NCBI GenBank assembly: GCA_012295275.1
Contig: CM022677.1
Location: 17,298,001-17,362,000, forward strand
DNA: 64,000 nt
Origin: Chrysomallon squamiferum
Taxonomy: Eukaryota; Animalia; Mollusca
Direction of reading: 5' to 3'
Shown: positions 12,384 to 25,687 of the stretch, one piece after another
Numbering within the stretch: position 1 is the stretch's first letter
How the letters are laid out: every line of letters starts with the position of its first letter
Notes under the pieces: model-generated
Seen by the model: the letters and a program-made list of their open reading frames with translations, nothing else
Databases searched by the model: none
What the model was told of the DNA's origin: nothing
Translations under genes and position numbers: made by a program

Positions 12384-15300
12384 TGGAATTATGTATGGAA
12401 GGATTGATGTATGAATCAATGGATAAATAGATAGAAAAATAGACAAATGGAATAGGGATAGAAAGGGAAAGAGAGAAAGAGAGTATTATTATATTTAAAA
12501 ATACTTTGAACCATTCATTATTAGTATTAAGATACTCTATGCTCTATCATAATATACTATAAGTTATTTATAAGATAGATTATAGATAGATGGATGGATG
12601 GATGGACACAGAGAGAATCACAAAAAGATAAAATATTATTAGGTTTAAAGAGTAATTTGAATCATTCATTAATATTAATATTACAATTTGTACAACTACT
12701 ACTTAATAATAATAATAGTTGTTGATAAAACAAATTTTACCTTCAGAACCTTCAAATGTTTCTGAAATAAACAAATTTAAAATGTTTTCAGATCACACAC
12801 ACACACACACAGACACACACAAAGAAACACAGAAATTTGTTTTCACTTCATCATTAAAGTAATAAAACTGATTATTTTGATAATGAGACAGACATTTCAA
12901 ATGATAATAATAATTATAATAATAATATAATAATAGTAATAATGTCTATAACAATAATTGTAATAATAATAGTAATAATACTAATAATGATAATATAATA
13001 GTAATAATAATTATAATAATATAATAATAGTAATAATAATAATAACTACAACAATAACTGTAACAGTAATAATACTAATAATGATAATATAATAATAGTA
13101 ATAATAAAATAATAACAACAATAATAATAATAACAGTTATGTAAAATATGAAAAAATTTATAATCACAGTAATAGTAAAAAAAATAAAATAATAATAATA
13201 ATAATAATTAAAAATAATAATAGGTAATAGTAATATACCATCGCAATAGAAGCAGCTCTCCGTAAACACTCTGTAAACATAGCCACGGCAGTGTCTCCCC
13301 CCGTGCTGAGGTGGGGGGTTGGTGCAAACGTGTTTTTGCAACACTTCGTGGAAACCACTTCTACAAACAGCACTGCACCTCGTGTGGTTTAGGTTCCTCC
13401 ATTCAGACCAGTGTCCATCAACTGAAATGTTGACCTTTGTGAAACTCTCAGAAAACATTTAATCTATTAAGTTAATGCAAATTTTTATATGCATCTTTTT
13501 TCTTCTTTTTTTTTTTTTTTAAACCATTTATACAAATTTCCATGAATAATAGTATTATTTAGCAATATTTTTTTTTTTTTATATAAATTTCAACATTCTG
13601 ACAAATAATATTTATTATCTAGTATATATATATATATACATTTTTTTTTTATGCTTTTCATTTATATAAATATCCATGTTTCCATAAATAATACTGTGTG
13701 TAGCAATTTTTATATACCTATTTCTCTTTTTTATTTTTTCCATTTATACAAATTTCTATAGATAACATCTATCTTCTAGGAATTTTTATATACATCTTTC
13801 ATTTGTTTTGTTTTTTTTCCATTTATACAAAAAGGATCTATTAGCTAGCAATTTTACATACATCTTTCTCTGCTTTTGTTTTTCCCATTTATAGAAATAT
13901 ATAAATTTTTTTATCATTTATTTTTCACAAAATCAAATTGACCCCACTTTTTTTTCTTCCAATAATGATTTTCAAGCATAACAACAAATATACATGTGTA
14001 AGTTCAAGTTTTTTAATACTTCAAAAAATAACAAACCACATATAAAATGAAACTCAGAGTAGTCTGTCCATAGTTCTCTAGTAAAGCTTTGTATAGCAAC
14101 AGCTGACTCACAAGTACAGGTTCAACTACAACCATGTATACTAAGGCACTTCTTACAAGAGTACACTGACACTTTTCAGTTTTCACACTTTGATGTTGTG
14201 TGCTATTCCACTAAAATGCAGTTTGTTATTCCTTGTCTGTAAACTTCCAGAAATTCAAAACAGTCCAGTTTGTTAGTGCTTGTTCAAACTTTAAAATGTC
14301 TATAAACTTCAAGAAAATCAGATGCTATTTTAAAAATGTTTTTAACTTGTTCATGCTTTAAAATGTCTATAAACTTCCAGAAATCCAGGTGCTATTCCTA
14401 AAATTCCATGCTTTAAAAGTCTATAAACTTCAGTCAGTCTGTGGCAAATGTTTTTTAAACCACTGGTGCACATTCCACATGCCAACAATGTAATGTGTAT
14501 CATATCTGCAATCAGCTCTGCCATACAAGCAATAGATGAAGATGTCCTCAAAGAACTTGTAATACAGAGTCATCATCATCAGCTTCTGATTATTTCATCT
14601 ACTGGAACGAATGCAACTGCAGCTATCTGATGGATCAGTAAAGCAAAATGTTCATTAATATTGTAACAAACTGCTAGACTAAAGAGTTGAATATGGCGCC
14701 AGATGAAAGAAGCATCCAGACACAGTTCAGTTTAGCTTTACTAGCGTGTTGCCTTCTTCCTTCACACTCGTAAGAAGTCACTGCACCACTGAGTTCCTTC
14801 TGTCAAACATACACATAGTTTTTGAACGCAAGTTTTGAATGACCACTCTCTGTCTCAGTGAACTCCATCTTATAGAATATAGTATTATTGCTTGAAAACT
14901 TGAAACAAATTAATGTGCTAATCAGAGCAAGCTGTTGTGAAGCATGTCTATTGCTTGAACCATGAACAAATTAATCAACAACAACATCAAAGGCAACATG
15001 TTCAACTTCATTAAAAACTTCATCAACAACAGATCCATTGCAGTCAAAGTAAACGGTCATACCTACGAGAAAAAGACAATCGAAAATGGCATCCCACAAG
15101 GACCCATGATCTCATATGTTGCTACAAGGCAGAACCTTATATACTGTGTCATTGAACTCGGATATAGATCTCTTGCTAAATCAAAGGAATCTTTAGCATT
15201 TAATTAGCCTGAATTGGTAATTAACTGATTCTAATTAGCTTTGATGATAGGTGGTTATCCAAATGCTTTTACAAGTTCAAAGTACTCCAAATGCCTTTAC

Positions 15301-17857
15301 TCAAGTTTACTTACTGTTTAGCTGACTCAAATTAGATTTTAATGTTAGATGATATTTTAGGGGAAGATCAAAGATTAATCCAAACACTATTTTTCAAAAA
15401 GTTTAATCACACTTTGTCATTTAAATAAGGATATTAAGAATGTTAAATTATTATAACTTAAATAAATAAATAAATAAATAAAGAACAAATAAAATATTAA
15501 TAATTTATTTAGTCAAATTATTTTTAACACTTTTCCATTATCTGAAAAAGCTAATTAAATAATTCACAGAATTTAGTCCAAAATTATAATTTTGATTATC
15601 ATCATTATCTGAACAAACCCCAAAAATTAATAGCATTTAGTCCAACACTTCTAACACTATCTCCATTATCTGAACAAACACAAAAAAATTAATACCATTT
15701 ATCCCCAAGCTTACCTGGACAAGGTATCACTTTATCAGGATTACACATCTCAGTATAAATTATCCTGCGATCACCAAAGCACTTCATTCCTCCATTTGAA
15801 GCTGGTGGACTGTCACACTTTCGTTGCAGTGTAACTGTACGCATGCCAAGGCCACAAGAAGCTTGACACTCTGTTGTTTCAGATGACCATGAGCTCCAGC
15901 CACCATTCACTAAACAGACAGTCAGACAGACAAACAGACAGAATTTATTTTAACAAGCTGTTGTGATGCACATCTATGAAAGGCATGCTCTCTGACATGC
16001 CTGAGGGGAAACAATTCACTAAGAAGGAAACATTTTTTTAATAATCTAATGGCCTTTCTTTGGTCATAAATGTAATTTATAATTTAGTATATAACATATA
16101 TATATAAATTAAGAATATACTACCCACTAAGGCCTTTGTTATATCACTAGTGAACCAATGTTGATGTTATATTAAGACCTTTTGTTATATCACTAGTGAA
16201 CCAGTGTGATGTTATATTAAGACCTTTTGGTATATCATTCGTGAAACACTGTTGTACTGTTGATGTTATATTAAGACTTTTTGGTATACCCATTGTGAAG
16301 CACAGTTGTACTGCTGATATTATGCTAAGGCTTTTGGTATATCATTTGTAAAGCACTGTTGTTATTTGTTATAATCAGTATTGTTTGGTTTTGATATTAT
16401 GTTTGGTAACCTCACATTGATGTTAAAGATAAAGCCTTTTTTTTTCAGAACCTCACCCTGCAGTTGAAAAATAAAATATCAATATTTGAAAATACCTGGG
16501 CAGGGTAAGTCAGGTATGCACAGCTCAGTGTGGTTTCTGCTATTCTCTCCACTGCAGGCTGCACCTCCTGCTACAGGTCTAGGATTATCACAGAGTCTGT
16601 ACTCTACAACAGTCTTTGTCCTTGAGCTGCCACAAGTAGCACTGCAGCCACCCTCAACTCTCTGCCAGTCTCCCCATCCACCATGCACTGTGTAAACAGA
16701 ATAACTAATGTAAAATAAACAAACAAACAAATTATAAATATCTATATTCTATAACAGTCTTTTCCTTCAGCTGCCACAAGTAGCACTGCTAACCTCAAAT
16801 CTCTGCCAGTCTCCCCATTCCACCATGCACTGCATAAACAGAATACATAACTAATGTAAAACAAACAAACAAGTAAAACAAATTATAAATATCTGTACTC
16901 TACAACAGTCTTTGTCCTTGAGCTGCCACAGGTAGTACTGCAGCCTCCCTCAAACCTCTGCCAGACTCCCCATTCACCAAGCACTGTGTAAACAGAATAA
17001 CTAATAAGTAAAACAAACAAACAAACAAACAAATTATAAATATCTGTATTCTACAACAGCTTTCTTCATACAGCTACCCTCAGTTCTCTCACTTTCCCCA
17101 TCCATCATGAACATTGTAAACAATATAATTAATAATAAATAACAAATAAAATGTTAACAAATAAACAAATTATAAATATCTATATTCTATAACAGTGTTC
17201 TTCATACAGTTACCCTCAGTTCTCTCCCTTGTCTCCATCATCCATGAACTTTGTAAACAGTATATATAAATAATAAGTAAATAAGTAAAATGTTAAAAAA
17301 TAAACAAACAAACAAATTATTAATATCTGTATTCTACAACATCTTTCTTCATACAGCTAACCCTCAGTTCTCTCCCTTGTCTCCATCATCCATGAACTTT
17401 GTAAACAGTATATATAAATAACAAGTAAATATAAGTAAAATGTTAAAAAATAAACAAATTATAAATATCTGTATTCTACAACAATTTTCTTCATACAGCT
17501 ATATAAATAATAAGTAAATAATAAGGAAAATGTTAACAAATAAACAAACAAATTATAAATAGCTATATTCTTCAACAGCCTTCTTCAAACAGCTACCCTC
17601 AGTGCTCTCCCTTGTAAACATGCACTTTGTAATCAGAATATTTAAATAATAAATAAATAAGTAAAATGTTAACAAATAAACAAAAAATTATAGTAAAGAA
17701 AGAAAGAAGGTAAATATTAAAGACATTAAAAATAAACTATAAGAAATCAAAAATAACTTAAAGAAGCTAGTGATAATGGTAATAACAATAACAATAACAA
17801 TAACAATAATAGTAATAATAATAAATAATTACAATAATAATAATAAGAATTATAAAA

Positions 17858-17893
<36 letters not shown>

Positions 17894-17951
17894 TAACAAT
17901 AAATAATTACAATAATAATAATAATAATAATAATAAATAATAATAATAATA

Positions 17952-17987
<36 letters not shown>

Positions 17988-20900
17988 TAATAATAATAAT
18001 AATAATAACAACAACAAAAATAATAAATAATAATTTTGAACCTGATTAACCTAATTATCGTCACCATTAGATAAAACTATAAACACTAACAAAGCTGATA
18101 CAGTACCATGGCAGTCCCTCTTTGTTTGACAAACTTGTGTAGAAGTTCGCATATCAAACGTACTTGCACAATCGGGTGATATGAACCAGTATTTATGTCT
18201 TGAACAAGTCCTAGTCTCTATTACAGCCTGAACCCCAAACTCTCCACAGCTGACACTACAACCAAGCACCTGTTTTTGCCAAGCTGACCAACCAGAATGC
18301 ACTAAAAAAAAAAAAAAAACCCTTCATTTTGTTGACTAATTTTATATAAATACATACAGTGAGCTTGTTTTTTTTTTTAATTGAATTTTTATTTCTTAAA
18401 AATGTGTAGTGTTATTTTGAAATGTCAAAGACAGTGCATTTGTTTTGACCAGCTATAGAACTAAATAAATAAATTTAAACATTTCTGGTGTGTTGTGTGT
18501 GTGTGTATCTACGTGTTATGTAAATAGGTGTGGTTGTGGGTGCAAATGAATGTGAATGTGCATGTGTCTCTGTATAAGATAAGTGCATGTGAATGTGTGT
18601 ATATGCACACATAACAATAAAGTTTCTTAAGAAAACTAAAATTTATAAAATACATTAAAACAAAAAGATTATAAACAAAATAAATTATATACCTATAATA
18701 ATAACAGACAGACAGACATAATAATCATTTATTCTTATCTTTACAGTGACATCAAAACTGATGTCAAAAGAAAGTTAGTCATGATGCTTCAATGTAATTC
18801 TTAACTGGGGACATTATTCGTAAACTGAGTGCAAAATTGCACAAGATCACGGTTCGTAATCCAATTTGTTCTTGCTTCGAGGCATTCGTAACCCGAGGTT
18901 CCACTGTACATACATATATATATATTATGCATATAAATATATTTTAAAATACATATACACACAGATATAGATAACACACATACATACACATTAAAATATG
19001 GCACAGAAATATACATATACTTATACACATACACATACATATACAAATGTACATAATGCTAACAGTGATAACAATAATGATAATAATAAGATGAAGAATG
19101 ATAATAACAACATTAATAATAAAGTATAATGACTACTTATTAAATAAGCTGTGTAATGAAATTTGGAATATATGTCAATGTGTTGATGCTGATGACTATA
19201 TGCATCTATGTATGTATGTATGTATGTATGTGTGTGTATATATATGTATGTATACGTATATATATATGTGCATTAGTGCAAGCCTGCCTGTCTGTGGGTG
19301 TATGTCCATGTGTATGTATCTGTCTGTGTGCGTGTCTTCATGTGACAGTGTATATATGTCTGCATGTGTTATGTATATACATGTGTGTATTTGTCTTCAC
19401 ATGATAGTGTGTGCATATGTCTGTGTATATGTTTGCTGTTTCAATATTTGTATGTGTCTGAGTGTGTGTGTGTGTGTGTGCACGTGTGTTTTGGTGAGAG
19501 TATGTGTTTCTCTGTTTCAATGTCTGCAAGTGTCAGTGTATGTTTTCTCTCTGTGTGTGGATGTGTCTGTCTGTCTCAGTTTAATTTATGACTAATGGAA
19601 GAACAAAAAAATGTCTGCATGAACTACAAGAAGATTACTTCGACAAGGAGAAAAGCACATTCTGAGCTTCTGCACACTTCTGCCTTGGCAGTCTTTACCA
19701 GACCCTAACCTGGCTGGCGCTGTGCATGACCTGCGCCTTTCCAGATAGAACAAGTAATCACATCGATAGCTGCAGCTATAGTACGGAATGGGAATTGTCC
19801 ACAGAGTCCAACCACCATTCACTGCAACAACATGAAACACCTCGAGTGACATCAGTAATCCCACTGGCCAGTTTTAACATATATATATATCTCAGTTTTT
19901 TTGCTTTCAAATGATACAAATACTATGTAAATTTATACGTTTATGATTCCTACAAAGAAATTTGTAATATATATATATATAAATAAATCTCAATTTTTGC
20001 TTTCAAAAGATACAAATACTTTTTAAATGTATATGATTCCTATGTGCCAAAGAAATTTGTAATATATATATAAATCTGTTTTTTGCTTTCAAATGATACA
20101 AATACTATTTAAATTTATATTATTCCTATTTGCCAAAGAAATTTGTTATATATATATAAATCTCAATTTTTGCTTTTAACAGATACAAATACCATTTAAA
20201 TTTATGATTCCTATTTGCCAAAGAAATTTGTAATTATATATAAATCTCAGATTTTTTGCTTTCAGATGATACAAATACTATGTAAATTTAAACATTTATG
20301 ATTCCTATTTGCCAAAGAAATTTTTAATATATATAAATCTCAATTTTTGCTTTCAAATGATACATACACTATTTCAGTCTATATATTTATAAACCCAAGT
20401 TCCCAAAGTTAAGTTGTAGTATTATATAAATCTCAATTTTTGCTTATGAATACTATTTCAGTTTATATTTGATCACCATATAATGACTTTTTTTCTGATA
20501 AGCAAATCTCATGTATTTTTAAACAAAGTTTCATAATATTATTAGCAATGCAATAAATGTTCAGTTATTATTATTTTTTAAATATGTCCTTTTGTTTGCA
20601 ATATGTATGATGCATATATGTTTATATATTACTAAATTATTATAAAAACAAATGTTTTTAAAATATATACTTTAGTTCACAACTGTGTATGTATGAGGGT
20701 TCAAAACTAAATGATAAGAAAAATGCATTAAAAAAAATAAACAAGTGAAATTTAGTAACACTGAACTGGTAGAAATGTTGAAATATATATATATATATAT
20801 ATATATTCTTTTTAATAGATTTTTCTGTTATTCTTAGTATTCTTAATGAAATGCTATCTAACAAAAAATAAAGAACAAAAAGAGATGTTTTAAATGTGCT

Positions 20901-21589
20901 GAAGATACAAGGTGTTTTAAAAGAATTATTTTACACAATTTAAAAACCTCTTCAATCTATACAGATAACAAAACATGCATAAATATCCTACAAAATATTA
21001 ATAACCATATTGTTATGTCCATGCATGAATCTGCAAATGAAAGATAATATATATTTGTTTTTTTAAATATATATATTTTAAAATATATAAATAGATAGAT
21101 AGATAGATAGATAGATAGATCAAAACAAAAAATATATTTCACAGTCAAAATTTCTAAAGATACGAGTCAAATCTTTTGTTTTAAATTAACAGGCAGCACA
21201 TGCATGACTACAGATATGTGTGTGTGTGTGTGTGTGTGTGCAAACATACCATTCTTGGGAATTACAGGCAAATTTCCTTTTGGCTTACAGCCACCACACA
21301 TTCCCCCACAGTGAAGTTCCAGCACACTGTCTGATTTCCTTACAGCATCCACTGCTGAATGATTCCCAAATTTTTCAAAATACTAATAAAATATCAATAA
21401 ATAAGAGTTCTTTGATGAATATACAAAAGTAAATAAATAAATAAATAAATATAGAAAAGCATGATACTGGGTTGAAAAGTGAGATCTTATAATTTCAAGC
21501 CATTTTCAGTAGCAAATCAAACCAAAAAAATAACTTTACCTGAAAGTTGAAATATTTTTTATATCTATATCTATATATTGTATTTTTTA

Positions 21590-21630
<41 letters not shown>

Positions 21631-22330
21631 TATTGTTATTGTTATTGATATTACTAGTAATTTCTTCTAGTTGTTTTTAATTTCTTATGGTATATTATTT
21701 TCTCTATATGTATTCTGTATTTCTACAAAATCTGAATAGACCAAAGACTGCTGCCTCATTTTATTTTTTTGCAATAATATGAGTACGTGTGTGTGTGTGT
21801 GAGTGTGGGTTGAGTTCTACTAAAAAAAAAGTTCTATGCTGAACCTTGTTGAAATCTATGAAATTTTAATTTTCTTCAAAATAAAAACTGTAATTCAAAC
21901 ATAACAGAAAGGGATATTACATTTTGAATATCTTTAGGAAATGTTAAACCCGCTGGTCTTAGATCAATTTTAAAGAATCCAACTGAATCAGAACAGGACT
22001 GCGCTGGTCCATGACGAACGTAACAATCCTTGGCAACAGCAAATGGCACTGTGGTTCCAAACTCATTTCTGTGATAGGTTGTGTCATTAACAAGCAGTTC
22101 CATTTTCTGAAAATATTTAAATGGAAACAGAACTAAAAGAGACGATATTGAAAGACATTCAATCACATGAAACAGTTTGATAGATGGAGTTTCCTTAGAA
22201 ATCAAGATTCTAGTTATAACTAATGATTACAAAGCATTGATCAGGCCTTCCTGCTGTTAAAATGATCAGTCAAATGTAAATGTAAACTATCATAGTAAAC
22301 TGGTAAAGAACATTATTTCATCCTATAAAA

Positions 22331-22424
<94 letters not shown>

Positions 22425-24186
22425 TGTGAAATATTATTTCTGTTTAAGAGTTACATGAAAATGAAAATACTAGTGGGAACCATTCATCTAAAATTCAATA
22501 GAAAACCTCTAAAATTCTAAACTTTTTAAGAATCTTTTTAGTTATTTTATATGGTTTAACATAAACAAACTTGATTCTGTATAAGAATAACTCAAAGTAA
22601 GAAAAATTTTGATATCCAAAACTCTTCCAGACTCCACCATTTGGCGAATAATGACCCAAAAAATATCAAGTTAGAGTTTAATTTGACTGGTTGTCAAAGC
22701 GAGAAAGATCAAACAATTTTATTAATTTGATAAACATATAAAAATTTAATTACCTCAGCATCTATCCGTATTTTATTATAGTATGTGCGACTTGGTTTGT
22801 AAGGTTTTATGTCTCTTCTGTTCTCTCCAGGACACAACTTATCTGGAACACTGCCATATGACTGTTCTTTAAGTTCAATAAAGTCCTCTGGATCATTCCC
22901 CAGATTACGACAATACACATCAACTACTGAGCCAGGAAATAATCCAGGATTTATTTTCTGAATTCCATCCATAATGAACCCCATTTTTCTTAAGAATGCA
23001 CAACTTCCTTTGTTCATTGCCTCTAGAAATAATATTGAAAATGCATTATTTCATTTTTAATTTTTGTTTAATTTTAATGAAATTTAATACTGAAAATCGT
23101 ATCATCAGCTGAAAAAAATATATTGTAACCTTTCTATCGACAAAATGCCCATTATAATATTAGCAGCATGTTTCAAATTTATGTTTTTTTTGACCCAGCT
23201 TAAAAAAAAAAAAAATGTCCTCAAGTATTCTGGTTTGATGGTAGATTAGGTTTCAGCATCACCCCAGGAATGTGTTAGGACCAGCAGTCTGTAATATCAC
23301 TAATTTTCTAGTGCAGCATTTTTACCCCTTCAAATAATTTTAGTTATAGTGACATGAGTATTCAGATGGTTTAAGAGTCCTAGGACCAGTAGTATAAAAG
23401 AAAAAATGAGTTCATGAAATAAGGAAGTATGTATCACACACCATTAATCTTGATGAATGATTAAATTAATTTCAGTAATTGCTCAGGACTGACAATATTG
23501 ACATGTCCACAACAATGACCAAGAGATGCCATTTTCAAAATGGCTGCCAACTGTTGCTAATAGTGACTGTCTCTTTGGTGTAAATCAGTTTATGGATCTC
23601 AGTTCAGTGTTTAATCCTGTGTTTTGCTAGCTTCTAATAAAAATATTTCTGTACATGATAAGTTATTTTAATCTGCATAAATGTAGAAATAGAATAAAAA
23701 TGCTTTGCCATTACAAACTAGAAGCACCGCTTGTGTGAGTCCTGGTTGATGAAAGTGTGTGTTTGTGTGTGTGTATGTGTGTGTTTGTGTGTGTGTGTTT
23801 GTGTGTGTGTATGATTGAATATATACTGATACAACTTCAAATAAAGACATGCATTTTCATGATTTGTTTCTTCATTTTATTATTAAGAAATAGTCACATA
23901 TCAGTTTATCAGGCTTTCACAAATTTTTCTTTTCTTAATGAGCATATTATATAGTGTTATGTCGATACAACTTAAACTCATTCAATACATGCATGTACAA
24001 AAATGCATTTTCCTTATTTTTCAATTTATTATTAAGAAATAGTCCATATTATCAGTTTATTTAGCTGTTAGGTATTCATTCAGTAAATATGTTTCCAAAC
24101 ACATCTTACTTACTCTTTTTCCATATAAACATAGAGCTCAGGTGTTAAATTAACAAAATTATCAAAATACTTAATACAACAGAGCT

Positions 24187-24218
<32 letters not shown>

Positions 24219-25392
24219 ACAGACACACATAGACACTGTATGTTTGACACAATACACTTTTTTATAATGTTTGATCATTTTCGCTTTGAAATTAATTTTA
24301 ATAACTAATTAATACAAATTTCAACTGCATATCTTACAATAAGAAAGATACTCCAGCTAAAATTAAAAAATCAGAGATTAAGCATCAAAACAATATGTAG
24401 AACACCCTGGCAATGTTGCAAGCCTTCCACTTAATTTTACAAACAGAGATTCTGAAATAAAATAACCCCAAACAAAATTCAGACACCACATCAAGGATCA
24501 AAAAAAATAAATAAAACTAACCTTTAGGACATCTTGGAACCCCACAAGCCATCCATTTGCTTCTAGGCACTACAGTAAAACACCAAGGTACACCCTCACC
24601 TGAAGGATCTCTACATGCGTTGCCAGCATCAACCACTTCAGGGTGGTCAGCAAAATCATGTTTGTGTGGTTCCTGTTTAGACCAGAATTGACATTCTATT
24701 CCTGCAAGAGTTTTATGCTTAAACCCACGATAAACTGCACCAGTTGTCCATAATGTGTAGCAATCTTGGTCTGAAATTTACAGTGATGTACTTCAGATTA
24801 TTTTAATATTGTTACAGAAATATGAACATTATAGAGGGGGTTTTTTGTTGTTTTTTCTTTCTCAAAATTCTGTAATTCTTTTGCAGTATATTTGTTTTGA
24901 ATGCACCAAAATTTGCAGTGATATACTTCAAAGTATTTTAATATTGTTTCAATTATGAACATTATAGAGGCTTTTTTGTTGTTGTTTTTACTTTCTCAAA
25001 ATTCTGTAGAAATTCTTTTGAAGTGTCAAAGACAGTATATTTGTTTTGAACACACCGAAATATTGCAGAATTGATCTAAAATGTTTGCAGTGATGTATTT
25101 CAGATTATTTTAATATTGTTACAATATGAACATAATAGAGATTTTTGTTGTTTTTCTTTCTTAAAATTCTGTGGAAGTTCTTTTGCAGTGCCAAAGACAA
25201 TATATTTGTTTTGAACTCACCATAATGTATTAAGGAACTGATCCAAAATATGCAGTAATGTATTTCAGATTATTTTAATATTGTTACAATAAGAACATTA
25301 TGGAGCTTTTTTTGTTGTTGTTTTTTCTTTCTCAAAATTCTGTAAAAGTTGTTTTGAAGTCTCAAAGAGAATATATTTGTTTAAACATTTCT

Positions 25393-25438
<46 letters not shown>

Positions 25439-25687
25439 TCTGGTTGTGGGTGCAATTGTACATGAATGTGCATGTGTCTGTGTATAAGATAAGTGCATGT
25501 GATGATGGGTGTATACCACCTCATAACAACAAAGTTTCTTAATAAAAATAAAATTTAAAAAGTATATTAAAATAAAAAGATTATAAAGAAGATAAATTAT
25601 ATACCTACTGTTGTTAATAATAACTATGTCACAGTACATCAGTACTATATGAGCTGCCAGCAGTACTATTCTAAATATATTCTTCAT
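8420..25687 (-). CDS. Gene C (spliced): kringle-GON-5xTSP1-SerGly stalk-TSP1-like-TM protein, 766 aa, C-terminal TSV
   Basis: 16 exons, all GT-AG, summing to 2301 nt (767 codons including stop), no internal stop found. Confidence 0.88.
9657..9768 (-). CDS. Gene C transmembrane exon (AAGVEVDIHSNDSATTVVTVTGVFVLLSLAGLLYAFKR)
   Basis: ttttacag acceptor, phase 1; ~20-aa hydrophobic stretch followed by KR; AG|GTGACA donor. Confidence 0.82.
10886..11047 (-). CDS. Gene C short TSP1-like exon (GTWSTWVMDYEEQCRQTCER...ELCTGGNCVE)
   Basis: WSxW plus 6 Cys; 162 nt, phase 1-1; paralogous to 30652-30804 and 49782-49934. Confidence 0.85.
11833..11874 (-). CDS. Gene C micro-exon GSGVVGSGFIEVFD
   Basis: tttcag/GTATAG, 42 nt, phase 1-1, Ser-Gly motifs. 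Confidence 0.75.
12218..12238 (-). CDS. Gene C micro-exon GSGSGES
   Basis: tttcag/GTATAA, 21 nt, phase 1-1. Confidence 0.72.
12741..12761 (-). CDS. Gene C micro-exon ETFEGSE
   Basis: tttcag/GTAAAA, 21 nt, phase 1-1. Confidence 0.72.
13239..13421 (-). CDS. Gene C TSP1 repeat 5
   Basis: VDGHWSEW...CSAVC...CTNPPPQHGGRHCRG; 183 nt, phase 1-1. Confidence 0.9.
14460..14868 (-). mobile_element. Decayed FLYWCH/MULE-type transposase remnant
   Basis: Minus strand from ATG 14868 reads MEFTETESGHSKLAFKNYVYV*QKELSGAVTSYECEEGRR..SKAKL (FLYWCH-like, internal stop); further downstream MWNVH. Confidence 0.55.
14950..15110 (+). mobile_element. Non-LTR retrotransposon (LINE) reverse transcriptase fragment
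   Basis: KL...IKGNMFNFIKNFINNRSIAVKVNG......IENGIPQG, the typical LINE RT segment ending in GxPQG. Confidence 0.8.
15715..15909 (-). CDS. Gene C TSP1 repeat 4
   Basis: VNGGWSSWS...CQASCG.G...RKCDSPPASNGGMKCFG; 195 nt, phase 1-1. Confidence 0.92.
16496..16687 (-). CDS. Gene C TSP1 repeat 3
   Basis: VHGGWGDW...CSATCG...RLCDNPRPVAGGAACSG; 192 nt, phase 1-1. Confidence 0.92.
16690..17690. repeat. Decaying tandem copies of the 5' half and acceptor of TSP1 exon 16496-16687
   Basis: agctgccacaagtagcactgc...ctctgccagtctcccc...ccatgcactg repeated at ~16770 and ~16920, more degenerate copies beyond. Confidence 0.85.
18107..18301 (-). CDS. Gene C TSP1 repeat 2
   Basis: HSGWSAW...CSVSCG...TRTC; 195 nt, phase 1-1. 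Confidence 0.88.
18800..18906 (-). mobile_element. Single end of a pogo/Tigger-like DNA transposon or MITE
   Basis: Minus strand TA|CAGTGGAACCTCGGGTTACGAA with repeated TACGAA motifs; partner TIR not found. Confidence 0.55.
19639..19821 (-). CDS. Gene C TSP1 repeat 1
   Basis: VNGGWTLW...CSYRC...RRRSCTAPARLGSGKDCQG; 183 nt, phase 1-1. Confidence 0.88.
19880..20470. repeat. Tandem repeat, ~75-bp unit, ~7-8 copies
   Basis: aaatctcaatttttgctttcaaatgatacaaatact...gattcctatttgccaaagaaatttg recurring. Confidence 0.9.
21250..21382 (-). CDS. Gene C exon, GON part 3 (YFEKFGNHSAV...LHCGGMCGGCKPKGNL)
   Basis: GON C-terminal CGGxCGxCxP motif; 133 nt, phase 0-1. Confidence 0.9.
21921..22106 (-). CDS. 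Gene C exon, GON part 2
   Basis: KMELLVNDTTY...VPFAVAKDCY...GFFKIDLRPAGL; 186 nt, phase 0-0. Confidence 0.9.
22754..23022 (-). CDS. Gene C exon, GON part 1
   Basis: EAMNKGSCAFL...DVYCRNLGNDPEDFIEL...YNKIRIDAE; 269 nt, phase 1-0. Confidence 0.9.
24522..24770 (-). CDS. Gene C kringle exon (absent from ORF track)
   Basis: QDCYTLWTTGAVYRGFKHKTLAGIECQFWSKQEPHKH...GNACRDPSGEGVPWCFT...WMACGVPRC; 249 nt, phase 1-1. Confidence 0.93.
24775..25385. repeat. Tandem repeat, ~135-170-bp unit, 4 copies
   Basis: cagtgatgtacttcagattattttaatattgttac...ctcaaaattctgt recurring. Confidence 0.85.
25609..25687 (-). CDS. Gene C first coding exon, signal peptide MKNIFRIVLLAAHIVLMYCDIVIINN
   Basis: ATG, hydrophobic core, A|GTAGGT donor, 79 nt. 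Confidence 0.85.
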
